A stretch of 64,000 nt of DNA from an uncultured Candidatus Saccharibacteria bacterium (GTDB taxonomy: Bacteria > Patescibacteriota > Saccharimonadia > Saccharimonadales > JBBQAJ01), in the NCBI GenBank assembly GCA_964593805.1, contig CAZQHP010000001.1, positions 581,283 through 645,282 of the forward strand, written 5' to 3'. Below, one piece after another: positions 26,746 to 35,950 of this stretch. Under the pieces are notes generated by a model. That model was given only the letters and a program-made list of their open reading frames with translations. It was not told where the DNA came from and searched no databases. Positions within the stretch are counted from its first letter, which is position 1. Each line of letters starts with the position of its first letter. Made by a program: the position numbers and the translations under genes.

Positions 26746-28161
26746 CTAACCAGCTTTTGGGCCGTCGGAGCCGTGGGAATAGGCCAGCAGGCCGTTGCCG
26801 TTTCTAGCCCAGACATCCAGAACTGGCTGGACTATTTTCCAGCCGGCTAGCACTTCGTCCGCCGTGGCAAACAGCGTGTGGTCGCCCTTGACGGCGTCTA
26901 CCAAAACTCGTTCGTAGGCATCCGGATGACCGTGGTTATCAAAAGTCTTTTCGTAGTCAAAGTCCATCAGCGCTGTTTCTGTAACTTGCGTAAAACCTGG
27001 TTTTTTGACTTTCAGGCGCAGTTCAATGCCCTCATTAGGCTGGATTCTAAAAGTCAGCCGGTTGTATTCGCCGTTATTATCCGCCCTAAATTGCAGGGTT
27101 ATGTCGGTACGTTTTTGAGCCAGCGCCTTGCCGGTAATCAGCTTCATGGGCACTTTACTCCAGCGCTGGTTATCTATATATAGGTCTAGCGCCGCGTAAG
27201 TTTCCGTGGTTGAGTTAGCTTTGCCCACTTGTTTTTTGTAGCCTTTATACTGGCCACGTACGGCTCGTTCGGAAATCTTATTTGGCGGCACCGGTTTGAT
27301 TTGGCTAAACAAAAGCTGTTTGTTTTTGTGTATTTGGCCGCTTTCCAATTTTGCCGGCAGTTCCATTGTCACCAACGCCAAAAGCTGCAGCAGATGGCTC
27401 TGTATCAGGTCGCGCAGGGCGCCAGTTTGTTCGTAAAAGTTCACGCGATTTTCTATGCCGATTTTTTCGGTGGCTTTTATCATGATTGAATCCACGTTCT
27501 GATGGTTCCAGATAGGTATAAAAATCGGGTTGGCGTAGCGGAACTGCAAAATATCTTGGACCGTTTCTTTGGCCAGATAGTGGTCTATTCGGAAAATCTG
27601 GTCTTCCGTGAAATGCTGGCCGGTTTCTTCCACCAGCAGCCGCGCCGATGCCAAATCATAACCGAACGGCTTTTCAACCAGCAGCCGGGTGCTGGCCACG
27701 CCGTGCTGGCAGCTGGCGTTCATGCCACTTTCGCCCATAAAGCGTACAATCGGACCAAATACCTGCGGCGGGATAGACAGGTAGTACAGCCGGTTCATGC
27801 ATACGCCCTGGGTGTCTTCCAGTTTGTTGAGTCGCGCGAGCAGTTTGTCGTACTCTTTGGGATTAGTAACATCCATATGGTGCATTTGCAAAGACTCGCC
27901 CATCTTGAGCACCGCGGCAGGGTCGCAGATATTATCTATTTCATTTACACACAATTCCACGTCATCCAGCAGTTGTTTTTTGGTTATATTTTGGCGGCTA
28001 ACACCTAAAATCAAGGTTTTAGGGTGCAGCAAATTGTCTTTTAGGAGATGGTATAGGGCAGGCAGCAGCTTGCGCTGAGCCAGGTCTCCCGTAATTCCAA
28101 AGATAACGATTATAGCCGGTTCCATTGCCGGCGATTTTTTGGCAGTTTTTGCGCCCGTCAT
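26746..28161 (-). CDS. zwf: Glucose-6-phosphate 1-dehydrogenase
   Basis: FGITGDLAQRKLLPALY, EKPFG, RIDHYLAKE motifs; 471 aa. Confidence 0.95.
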   Translation of the reverse strand: MTGAKTAKKSPAMEPAIIVIFGITGDLAQRKLLPALYHLLKDNLLHPKTLILGVSRQNITKKQLLDDVELCVNEIDNICDPAAVLKMGESLQMHHMDVTNPKEYDKLLARLNKLEDTQGVCMNRLYYLSIPPQVFGPIVRFMGESGMNASCQHGVASTRLLVEKPFGYDLASARLLVEETGQHFTEDQIFRIDHYLAKETVQDILQFRYANPIFIPIWNHQNVDSIMIKATEKIGIENRVNFYEQTGALRDLIQSHLLQLLALVTMELPAKLESGQIHKNKQLLFSQIKPVPPNKISERAVRGQYKGYKKQVGKANSTTETYAALDLYIDNQRWSKVPMKLITGKALAQKRTDITLQFRADNNGEYNRLTFRIQPNEGIELRLKVKKPGFTQVTETALMDFDYEKTFDNHGHPDAYERVLVDAVKGDHTLFATADEVLAGWKIVQPVLDVWARNGNGLLAYSHGSDGPKAG

Positions 28162-29093
28162 ACGTTTTTGAGGCTGTTAGCGTCCGCGTCTTCGGAGGTT
28201 TTGTTGACCGCATGCCCACCAAACTGATTACGCAGGGCAGCCAGAAACTTAGTGGCAAAGGAAGTGTTGCCCGCCATTGATTCCGCTCGGCGGTCAATTG
28301 AAGCCTGTATTACTCGGAAATCTACGCCTTTTTGTTTGGCCAGCTCGGACGCCCACTGGGCTTCGCCCAGCATGTTGACTTTTCCATCTATGCCTTCAAG
28401 TTTGCGGTTTTCGGCAAAAATAGACACCGCCAGCCCGTTCAAAAATGATTCCACGACCGCTCCGTTTTGCCACACTCCAGCTAATTTTGCGTAATCAATC
28501 GGCGGAAAGGGGCTATGCTCCATCAACTCAAAACCTTCGGCAAAAGCCTCCATCATGCCGTATTCTATGGCGTTATGCACCATTTTTACATAATGGCCGG
28601 CACCGATAGGCCCGAAGTGCCCATAGCCGCCTACTTGGGCCAAATCTTTCAGAATTGGTTCAAGTAAATCGTAAGTTCCTTCGTCTCCGCCAACCATCAT
28701 GGAATAACCAGACTTTGCTCCCACAATTCCGCCGCTCACGCCGATATCCACAAACGAAACAGCTTTGGCGGCAGCAAGTTTGCCGTGCTCTATGGTTTGC
28801 TCAAACCGGCTGTTGCCACCGTCTATCAACACCGAACCAGCGGGCAGGGTTTTTAACCAAGCGCCGATTTCATCTGCCACAAACTGGCTGGGAATCATCA
28901 ACCAGACAATTTTTTGCTCAGGCAGGGCGTCCAGCATTTCCTGTCTGTTTTGCACAACCACAACGCCTCGGGCGCTAGCCTCGGCGGCATCATATTCGCT
29001 GGGATCAATACCAACCACCTCGTGGCCTTTTTCTACCAAGCGAGCCGCCATGTTGCCGCCCATTTTGCCGAGTCCTACCATGCCAATTTTCAT
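28158..29093 (-). CDS. gnd: 6-phosphogluconate dehydrogenase (decarboxylating), short form
   Basis: MKIGMVGLGKMGGNMA Rossmann start, GVSGG, GAGHYVKMVHNAIEYG; overlaps zwf and pgl. Confidence 0.9.
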   Translation of the reverse strand: MKIGMVGLGKMGGNMAARLVEKGHEVVGIDPSEYDAAEASARGVVVVQNRQEMLDALPEQKIVWLMIPSQFVADEIGAWLKTLPAGSVLIDGGNSRFEQTIEHGKLAAAKAVSFVDIGVSGGIVGAKSGYSMMVGGDEGTYDLLEPILKDLAQVGGYGHFGPIGAGHYVKMVHNAIEYGMMEAFAEGFELMEHSPFPPIDYAKLAGVWQNGAVVESFLNGLAVSIFAENRKLEGIDGKVNMLGEAQWASELAKQKGVDFRVIQASIDRRAESMAGNTSFATKFLAALRNQFGGHAVNKTSEDADANSLKNV

Positions 29094-29770
29094 TTAGTGT
29101 CTCCTAGCTGGTCATTATATACGTAGGCTTCCGGTAAATCCCAGAATATTTTTGACGGCAGCCGCTCAAACGATTTTTTGTTGGCCTGCAAGTCCTTCAG
29201 CGCCCCACGTTTTGCCGCGCCAAACGCGAACACATAGGCCACGTCTACTTTTTTCAAGGCTTGGCGGGTCAGAGTGATGCGCACGAACGGCGAGGATTCG
29301 TAGCCAACAACTTGCGCAGTAGTTTTTTGCACCGCCGGGCTGTTTGGCAGCATGCCTGCCGTATGACCGTCCGCCCCCACCCCAAACTGCCCGATAATCA
29401 CGTCGGCGGCGTCTATTGCCACTTTGGTCAGCTTGGCATAATCAGCAACTGTCTGCCTAAGCGGTTTTTCGGGCTTGGTCATTACTGGCATGGCGTACAT
29501 GCCAGTAAAATCGCACCCCGCGTCCAGCAGTTGCTGCCAGTTAGAGTCGGCGTGGCTGACCGGTCCAAAACGTTCGTCCATGAGCATAATAGCCAGGTTT
29601 TCGGTGTTGCCGTTTTTTTGGAGCGCTTTTAATACCTGCGCTTCGGCCGCAATCCCAGAGCCGCCGCAAACCAGCCACAGCACCCTTTTGTTGCGCTTCA
29701 ACTCTTTTGTCAAACGAGCGGAAACGACTTTTATCCCTTTAGCGGAATCTTTAGTCTTCACGAACTCCAT
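29090..29770 (-). CDS. pgl: 6-phosphogluconolactonase
   Basis: LWLVCGGSG, MDERFGP, GVGADGHTAGMLP motifs; first gene of the pgl-gnd-zwf operon. Confidence 0.85.
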   Translation of the reverse strand: MEFVKTKDSAKGIKVVSARLTKELKRNKRVLWLVCGGSGIAAEAQVLKALQKNGNTENLAIMLMDERFGPVSHADSNWQQLLDAGCDFTGMYAMPVMTKPEKPLRQTVADYAKLTKVAIDAADVIIGQFGVGADGHTAGMLPNSPAVQKTTAQVVGYESSPFVRITLTRQALKKVDVAYVFAFGAAKRGALKDLQANKKSFERLPSKIFWDLPEAYVYNDQLGDTK

Positions 29771-29795
29771 TGATTCTCATTGTATACTTATAGCT

Positions 29796-30434
29796 ATGAG
29801 AATTACAAAGTATGAGCACTCGTGCATCGTTGTTGAAGAAGCTGGCATGACATTGGTCATTGACCCAGGGGTCTATACCCAAACACTGCCACCACTGACC
29901 AATGTCTGCGCGATAATCGTCACTCATGTTCATCCCGATCATTTTGACCCTAAAAAACTGCAGGCAATCCAATCTAAAAACCCTAGTGCCACTATTTACA
30001 CCGTGGCCGAAGTGGCCAAAGAACTGAGTAAGTTAAAGTACGAAATAGTTCAAGCGGGCACCTCCAAACAGTGTGGCGATTTCCATGTATCTTTCTTTGG
30101 TGGCGAACACGCGATTATCAGCGACAAGCTTCCTGTGTGGCAAAACGTTGGCATTTTGGTTAATGAAACTTTCTATACTCCGGGAGATTCATTCGTCGTG
30201 CCTGAAAATATAGCTGTCGATGTGTTGGCTGTTCCAGCAGTGGCACCATGGTCTAAAATCAGTGAAACTATAGACTTTATTACGGCTATCAAACCCAAAC
30301 AAGCTTTCCCAGTCCACACAGCAATACTTTCTGACATCGGAAGCAGTATTTATTTACCGAGGTTGCAAACAGCCGTAGAAGAAGCTGGTGGTGTGTTCAA
30401 GAACCTAAAGCCAACAGAATCTATCGAAACCTAA
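29796..30434 (+). CDS. MBL-fold metallo-hydrolase
   Basis: MRITKYEHSC...VIDPG...IIVTHVHPDHFD (HxHxDH). ATG 29796 is 7 nt after TATACT; the upstream part of the track ORF is antisense to pgl. Confidence 0.75.
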   Translation: MRITKYEHSCIVVEEAGMTLVIDPGVYTQTLPPLTNVCAIIVTHVHPDHFDPKKLQAIQSKNPSATIYTVAEVAKELSKLKYEIVQAGTSKQCGDFHVSFFGGEHAIISDKLPVWQNVGILVNETFYTPGDSFVVPENIAVDVLAVPAVAPWSKISETIDFITAIKPKQAFPVHTAILSDIGSSIYLPRLQTAVEEAGGVFKNLKPTESIET

Positions 30435-30471
30435 CAGCTGTGGATAACCCGCTTGTGCTTTGTTGCCAATC

Positions 30472-30482
30472 TGGTATATAAT
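30472..30482 (+). promoter_or_regulatory. Extended -10 promoter for the pilin gene
   Basis: TGGTATATAAT sits ~50 nt upstream of ATG 30532. The leader carries a purine-rich GGAAAGGGTGGG. Confidence 0.45.
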
Positions 30483-30531
30483 CCGTTCGTTACTATAAAA
30501 ACTAATCATAGGAAAGGGTGGGATCACTCTT

Positions 30532-30963
30532 ATGGCATATAAACTTAAACAACAGGGTTTCACTATCGTTGAACTTTTGATCGTGATCGTCGTGATCGGC
30601 ATTTTGGCCGCTCTGGTTATCACAACCTTTACTGGTATCCAGCAAAAGGCTCGTGACACCGAACGGACAACTGACATCAAGGCTATCCATGGCCAGGTCG
30701 AAGCGTATTACGCTCAGAACGGTTACTACCCTGGTCTTGCTGACGTAACGATCGCTAACCTAAAAGGTCTTGACGCTGGAGCGTTAGTAGATCCAAAAGG
30801 CGGTTCACTGGCAGCAACGTCTGACTTTGATAACTACGGTTACGCAGTTACGCAATCTGACGGTGCAACAGCATGTACAACAGCAGCTAAAGACTGCGCA
30901 AAGTACGTCCTGACAGCCACGCTCGAAGGCGGCGGCACGTTTGTCAAAAACAGTTTGAACTAA
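30532..30963 (+). CDS. Type IV pilin (prepilin-type N-terminal cleavage/methylation domain)
   Basis: Leader MAYKLKQQG / FTIVELLIVIVVIGILAALV; small globular C-terminal domain with a Cys pair. Confidence 0.85.
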   Translation: MAYKLKQQGFTIVELLIVIVVIGILAALVITTFTGIQQKARDTERTTDIKAIHGQVEAYYAQNGYYPGLADVTIANLKGLDAGALVDPKGGSLAATSDFDNYGYAVTQSDGATACTTAAKDCAKYVLTATLEGGGTFVKNSLN

Positions 30964-30989
30964 TAGAGTTCACGAGAAGCCAACAAAAG

Positions 30990-31021
30990 AGGAGCCCTAA
31001 AAATAAGGGCTCCTTTAATTT
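30990..31021 (+). terminator. Rho-independent terminator of the pilin gene
   Basis: AGGAGCCCT-AAAAAT-AGGGCTCCT perfect 9-bp stem followed by TTAATTTT. Confidence 0.75.
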
Positions 31022-31150
31022 TCAAATCGCAAATTCCAATTTTCAAAGAATTTCCAAACCACCAATTTTCACACAAATAGCGAATGAAGCTCGTTTGATA
31101 TCTGATATCTGAAAATTTTCTGTAATTTGAAAATTGGAATGTTTGAAATC
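31021..31150. repeat. AT-rich inverted-repeat element (MITE-like) between convergent pilin and pyrH
   Basis: Arms 31021-31047 and 31126-31150 share 15 nt exactly (ATTCCAATTTTCAAA) plus outer TTCAAA. Internal extra CCAATTTTCA/TGAAAATT copies and tandem GATATCTGATATCT. Confidence 0.5.
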
Positions 31151-31857
31151 TAGCTTATCTTGGTGCCGATGTTTTCGCCGGCGGCAATTTTTGCCAAATT
31201 GTCGGGCGTCATGGCGTCATAAATAATCAGCGGCATGTGCTGTTCCATGGCTAACCCCAAAGCCGCTTTGTCCATGACTTTGATGGCGTCATTTTCGACA
31301 GCATGCTGGTATTTAAGTTCCTCAATTTTGACGGCGTCGCCATGATGAGCCGGGTCTTTGTCGTATACGCCGTCTACTTTGGTGGCTTTTAGCACTACAT
31401 CGCAGCCAAGCTCAAGAGCAAGCGAAACAGCTGCTGTATCAGTTGTAAAGTATGGCCGGCCGCTGCCGCCCGCAACAATCACTACGCGGCCTTTTTCTAG
31501 ATGCTTGTTGGCCAGCCGGTGTACGAACGGCTCGGCAACTTGTTGGGCGAATATATTACTTAAACAACGGGTTTTGACGCCCTGGGCTTCAAATATGTCG
31601 GTCAATGCCAGTGCGTTTATCATTGTAGCCAGCATGCCCATGTGGTCAGCAGTAACGCGCTGGATGCCGTGACCGGCAATCTGGGCGCCCCTAACCATGT
31701 TGCCGCCGCCAACCATAATAACCACCTGCGCGCCAGTTCCGGTAGCTTTTTTGACCTCTTGCGCCAACCAGCTGCCCACTTCCGGGTCTATGCCGTTTTC
31801 GTATTTACCAGAAAGTTGTTCGCCCGATATCTTTAGTAGAACGCGTTTGTAGCTCAT
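31150..31857 (-). CDS. pyrH: UMP kinase
   Basis: YKRVLLKISGE, MVGGGN, ATKVDGVYDKDP motifs; 235 aa. Confidence 0.95.
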   Translation of the reverse strand: MSYKRVLLKISGEQLSGKYENGIDPEVGSWLAQEVKKATGTGAQVVIMVGGGNMVRGAQIAGHGIQRVTADHMGMLATMINALALTDIFEAQGVKTRCLSNIFAQQVAEPFVHRLANKHLEKGRVVIVAGGSGRPYFTTDTAAVSLALELGCDVVLKATKVDGVYDKDPAHHGDAVKIEELKYQHAVENDAIKVMDKAALGLAMEQHMPLIIYDAMTPDNLAKIAAGENIGTKIS

Positions 31858-31906
31858 TAGACCATAGTCTAGCAGATTGATGTATGAGCACGCTATACTA
31901 AAAACG

Positions 31907-32698
31907 ATGAAGATCTATTCGTGGAACGTCAATGGCATCCGAGCCGTGATAAAAAAGGGCGCCCTGCAGGAGTTTATTGCCAAGCACAATCCAGACATCT
32001 TGTGTTTGCAGGAAACCAAAGCCGAGCAGGGGCAGGCAGAGATAGATTTCCCGCAGTACGAAGAGTATTGGAACTCGTCTATGGCCAAAAAAGGCTACTC
32101 CGGTACTGCTATCTTTACCAAAATCAAGCCTCTTAAAGTTAAAAACGGTCTGCCCGAGGATATTGTTAAAAAATACAAAGTTCACGGAGATGTGTATGGA
32201 GATCCTAACCAAGAAGGACGAGTAATAACCGCTGAATTCGATAATTTTTTCTTGGTTGGCGTGTATACAATCAACGTCAAGGACGATTTAAGCCGCTTGG
32301 ACATACGACAATGCTGGGACAACGCATTTCTAGCTTGGTGCCAGGTCCTGGAACAACAGAAGCCTGTGATATTTTGTGGCGACCTAAACGTTGCTCACAC
32401 CGAAGATGACCTAGCACGACCAAAAGAGAACGTAGGAAAACGTGGATTTACAGATGAGGAAAGGACAGGCTTTCAAAAACTTATGGATCACGGATTTGTG
32501 GATACATTTAGAATGTTTACGCAGGGCAACGGGCACTACAGCTGGTGGACTCACTGGGCAAATGCGCGAGCCAGAAATGTTGGATGGCGGATTGATTATT
32601 TCCTGGTATCAGAAAAGCTTAGGTCTAAGGTCAAAAAAGCTGAAATTCATTCTTCACAGATGGGCTCCGACCACTGCCCAGTAAGCATTGAACTCTGA
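31907..32698 (+). CDS. xth: Exodeoxyribonuclease III
   Basis: MKIYSWNVNGIRA, LCLQETK, GDLNVAH, SDHCPV. ATG 31907 is 7 nt after TATACT. Confidence 0.9.
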   Translation: MKIYSWNVNGIRAVIKKGALQEFIAKHNPDILCLQETKAEQGQAEIDFPQYEEYWNSSMAKKGYSGTAIFTKIKPLKVKNGLPEDIVKKYKVHGDVYGDPNQEGRVITAEFDNFFLVGVYTINVKDDLSRLDIRQCWDNAFLAWCQVLEQQKPVIFCGDLNVAHTEDDLARPKENVGKRGFTDEERTGFQKLMDHGFVDTFRMFTQGNGHYSWWTHWANARARNVGWRIDYFLVSEKLRSKVKKAEIHSSQMGSDHCPVSIEL

Positions 32699-32700
32699 GG

Positions 32701-33336
32701 TTAAATTGCCTCTGTGCTTGCAGCCTCTTCTTGCTGTCGTGTTCGTAGTCGTAATTTATTTCTCACTAACGCAAACAACTGCCTCTCTTCAACCGCTTTT
32801 TCTAACGCAGCCAATTCACTCTCAAGTGGTTGTTTATCATACATAGTTGATATGTGCAGATCACGGTGGCCAAAAGTTAAAGCTCCGCTTGCAATGGAAA
32901 CGATCAAACCCCCAAAAAACCAATTAGGACTTGATTGACGCAAACCCTCTATTACAGCAGCGCCGCCGCCTGCAAAGAAAATTCCTGCCGCAAATCCCCC
33001 GAGTGCGGACTGTGCTTTTTCTCTGCCGACCAACTTTAATATGTTACCTCTGCTAACCCAGTCACCGTAGCGAAATCTACTATCAAGCAGTATTGTAGCG
33101 GCATCTTCGGCAGGAATAGCGTCCAATGTAGCCAAGCGTTCCTCAATCTCATCTTCCGTCCCTACATGCACTAATCCCTGCTCAAGCGTAGCTTCTAAGT
33201 ACGAGGCTGGCTCAACCTGCAGCAGAGTAGTCCTGACTATTTCTCTCGTGCCAGCTAGGTTGTCACTAACGTCTTCTGTAAGCGAGCGGTCAAGCCTTAC
33301 GACCAGGGGGATTTCAAACGATTCATGTCCTGCCAT
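32701..33336 (-). CDS. Hypothetical membrane protein
   Basis: 211 aa; two Gly-rich TM helices (GGFAAGIFFAGGGAAVI; FFGGLIVSIASGALTF), coiled C-terminus; GGAGAG SD upstream. Confidence 0.5.
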   Translation of the reverse strand: MAGHESFEIPLVVRLDRSLTEDVSDNLAGTREIVRTTLLQVEPASYLEATLEQGLVHVGTEDEIEERLATLDAIPAEDAATILLDSRFRYGDWVSRGNILKLVGREKAQSALGGFAAGIFFAGGGAAVIEGLRQSSPNWFFGGLIVSIASGALTFGHRDLHISTMYDKQPLESELAALEKAVEERQLFALVRNKLRLRTRQQEEAASTEAI

Positions 33337-33411
33337 GCCTTCTCTCCATTTATTTGCCTAATTATAAATATAATTATCTAGCAGTCAAGTAGCGAGTGCT
33401 ACAATGTTTCT

Positions 33412-33867
33412 ATGAAGAGCGTACTTGTAACTATTTGTTCCAGTGCTAATTTTTACAAAAAAGCGGTTGAGATTCAGGCAGAGCTAGAAACGGCCGGTCA
33501 CAGCGTTATCATCCCGGCCACAGCGGAAAAAATGAAATCATCGGGCGATTTCAATGTGGAGCATTACAAAACCTGGTTTGCCAACGCGAACGATTATCAT
33601 AAAAAATCAGCACTGATGCGCGGGCATTTTGCGGAAATTGAAAAAGGCGACGTGCTACTAATAATAAATGACGAAAAGCACGACCAACCAAACTACATTG
33701 GCGGCAACGTACTCATAGAAATGGCGCTGGCTTTTTATCTGCGTAAGCCCATTTACATCTTGAACGACATACCCGAGCAGTCAAACTTCCTAGAAGAAAT
33801 CATCGGCATGGAGCCGGTTGTGCTAAAAGGCGATACCGAAAAACTACTTGAGCTGCTGGCGAGCTAG
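33412..33867 (+). CDS. Nucleoside 2-deoxyribosyltransferase-like superfamily protein
   Basis: VLLIIND...NYIGGNVLIEMALAFYLRKPIYIL resembles the NDT-fold D..G...E.G.A..l.KP block. Assignment is tentative. Confidence 0.45.
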   Translation: MKSVLVTICSSANFYKKAVEIQAELETAGHSVIIPATAEKMKSSGDFNVEHYKTWFANANDYHKKSALMRGHFAEIEKGDVLLIINDEKHDQPNYIGGNVLIEMALAFYLRKPIYILNDIPEQSNFLEEIIGMEPVVLKGDTEKLLELLAS

Positions 33868-34413
33868 CTTTGTAATCGCTCCGAAAACCTCACTGTAATA
33901 ACCTGCTCCTTGTGGCAGATAATTCTTTTGTCGTTTTTTGTCGGCTAAATCCTCTTCAACCACTTCAAGTAACCGCCACTCAACGGCGTCCACTTTTTTG
34001 TCTTCCAGTTTGAACTTGGTTTCGTTTTCGAACCTATAGGCATATACCCAACGAAATTCGTTTTCGATTGCGCCATTTTCAGCTACAAAATAGCCGCGGT
34101 GTTTGAGGATAAATACAAGTTCAGCCGTTTGTAACTTTAGGCCGATTTCTTCCTGGGTCTCACGTAAAGCTGTGACTTCTGGCTTTTCTCCAAGACTTAT
34201 GTGTCCGCCGACGGATTCGCCCCAGTGATTGGGCCAAGTTGGCTTTTCTGGTGCGCGGTGTTGCAATAAAACCTCTAGACGACCTAGTTTGAGACGCCAA
34301 ATCCAAACATGAATTGCACCATGCAGAGCTCCTTTGAATATCTCGGTCTTGGGAGCTCCTTGACCCTCAATCGGCTTCCCCGACTCATCATATAGTTGAC
34401 ATAGCTCAATCAT
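33844..34413 (-). CDS. NUDIX hydrolase
   Basis: Nudix box GGHISLGEKPEVTALRETQEEIGL. Confidence 0.8.
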   Translation of the reverse strand: MIELCQLYDESGKPIEGQGAPKTEIFKGALHGAIHVWIWRLKLGRLEVLLQHRAPEKPTWPNHWGESVGGHISLGEKPEVTALRETQEEIGLKLQTAELVFILKHRGYFVAENGAIENEFRWVYAYRFENETKFKLEDKKVDAVEWRLLEVVEEDLADKKRQKNYLPQGAGYYSEVFGAITKLARQQLK

Positions 34414-34427
34414 GACATAATACTATC

Positions 34428-35156
34428 ATGACGAAGAAGAGGTTTGCGGTTTTTGATATTGATGGCACGCTGATTAGGTGGCAGTTGTACCACGCTATTG
34501 CCGATGAGCTGGCAAAGTCGGGGCACATTGATGCCGAAACCTACACTGCCATCCGAGAGGCTAGGTCGGCCTGGAAAAAACGAACTCATGATGATTCTTT
34601 TAAGGCGTACGAAGAGCAGTTAGTCATTGCGTACCGTTTACTACTGACCAAACTAACCGTACCGCGTTTTGAACTCGCGGCGGCGGCGGTGTTTGATGAA
34701 TACAAAGACCAAGTCTACGTGTTTACCCGCGACATGATAAAAGACCTGAAAAAGCGCAGCTACGTGCTGTTGGCAATTTCTGGCTCGCAATCAGAAATTG
34801 TCCAAAAAATAGCGCAGTATTACGGGTTTGACGACTTTGTGGGCAGTTATTATCACCGCGAAAACGGCCATTTTACAGGGAAAATCAACCTAACCGTCTT
34901 TAGCAAAGACAAGGTGCTACAAGAGCTGGTCAGCAAACATAATCTCACACTAGAAGGAAGCATCGCGGTAGGAGATAGCATGAGTGACATACCTATGATG
35001 GAGATGGTAGACCGACCCATAGCCTTCAATCCAGAGAAAAATCTGCTGGCTCACGCCCAAAAAGCCGGCTGGGAAGTGGTGGTCGAACGCAAAAATGTAA
35101 TCTATAACCTCGAGGCAAAAGACGGTGCATACGTACTGGCAAAAACAAAGTCCTGA
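34428..35156 (+). CDS. HAD-IB family hydrolase (SerB-like)
   Basis: FAVFDIDGTLIRW (DxDGT), ISGSQ, GDSMSDIPM motifs. Confidence 0.75.
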   Translation: MTKKRFAVFDIDGTLIRWQLYHAIADELAKSGHIDAETYTAIREARSAWKKRTHDDSFKAYEEQLVIAYRLLLTKLTVPRFELAAAAVFDEYKDQVYVFTRDMIKDLKKRSYVLLAISGSQSEIVQKIAQYYGFDDFVGSYYHRENGHFTGKINLTVFSKDKVLQELVSKHNLTLEGSIAVGDSMSDIPMMEMVDRPIAFNPEKNLLAHAQKAGWEVVVERKNVIYNLEAKDGAYVLAKTKS

Positions 35157-35910
35157 AAAACCGCTGTTCCCAGACTTGCTCTGGAGTCGACCGGAAAACA
35201 AAGCCCATGCCGGCAAAATACTGATAATAGGTGGAAATTCCTTTGGTTTCTCAGCAATCGGTGAAGCCTACAACCTAGCACAAGCAACCGGCGCAGGCTC
35301 AGTGCGAGTGCTTTTGCCATCAGCTATTCGTAAAGCAGTAGGTAACGTGCTGGAACATGCCGATTTTGCTACCAGTAATCCCAGCGGTGGCTTTGCCAAA
35401 GACGCGCTTGGGGAGCTGTTGCAGCAGGCACAGTGGGCAGACGCCGTACTATTGCCTGGAGACCTTGGTCACAACAGCGAGACAACCGTACTGATTGAGC
35501 AGTTTTTAGCCAAATACAATGGTCAAGTTACATTGTGCGGCGACACGCTAGATCTAGTGTTAGCCACACCAGATATGGTGTTGCAACGCGCCAACACGCT
35601 ACTGGTGGTGTCTATGGCTCAACTTCAAAAACTAGCCATGGCGGCGCGTTTTGAGCTAGCTTTCAGACTAGGCATGGATATATTACAACTAGTGGAAGCC
35701 CTGCACGAATTTTCCAGCCGCCTTGCGGCTCACATAATCGTCCGGCAACACGACCAGCTACTCGTGGCCGTAAACGGTCAAGTCAGTTCTACAAAACCTG
35801 CCCAAGATCCATCCAAATGGCGGGTCAGCACAGCGTCGCAGGCCAGTGTCTGGTGGCTGCAAAACCCCGAAAAACCATTTGAAGCCCTTACAACGTCCGT
35901 AATTATTTGA
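35125..35910 (+). CDS. NAD(P)HX dehydratase-like (YjeF C-terminal carbohydrate-kinase fold)
   Basis: KAHAGKILIIGGNSFGFSAIGEAYNLAQATGAGSVRVLLP and LLPGDLG blocks; start uncertain (32-nt overlap with the HAD gene). Confidence 0.55.
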   Translation: MHTYWQKQSPEKPLFPDLLWSRPENKAHAGKILIIGGNSFGFSAIGEAYNLAQATGAGSVRVLLPSAIRKAVGNVLEHADFATSNPSGGFAKDALGELLQQAQWADAVLLPGDLGHNSETTVLIEQFLAKYNGQVTLCGDTLDLVLATPDMVLQRANTLLVVSMAQLQKLAMAARFELAFRLGMDILQLVEALHEFSSRLAAHIIVRQHDQLLVAVNGQVSSTKPAQDPSKWRVSTASQASVWWLQNPEKPFEALTTSVII

Positions 35911-35950
35911 TAACTTTGCTATTTATGTACTTTTATGTTAGTATAAACTT

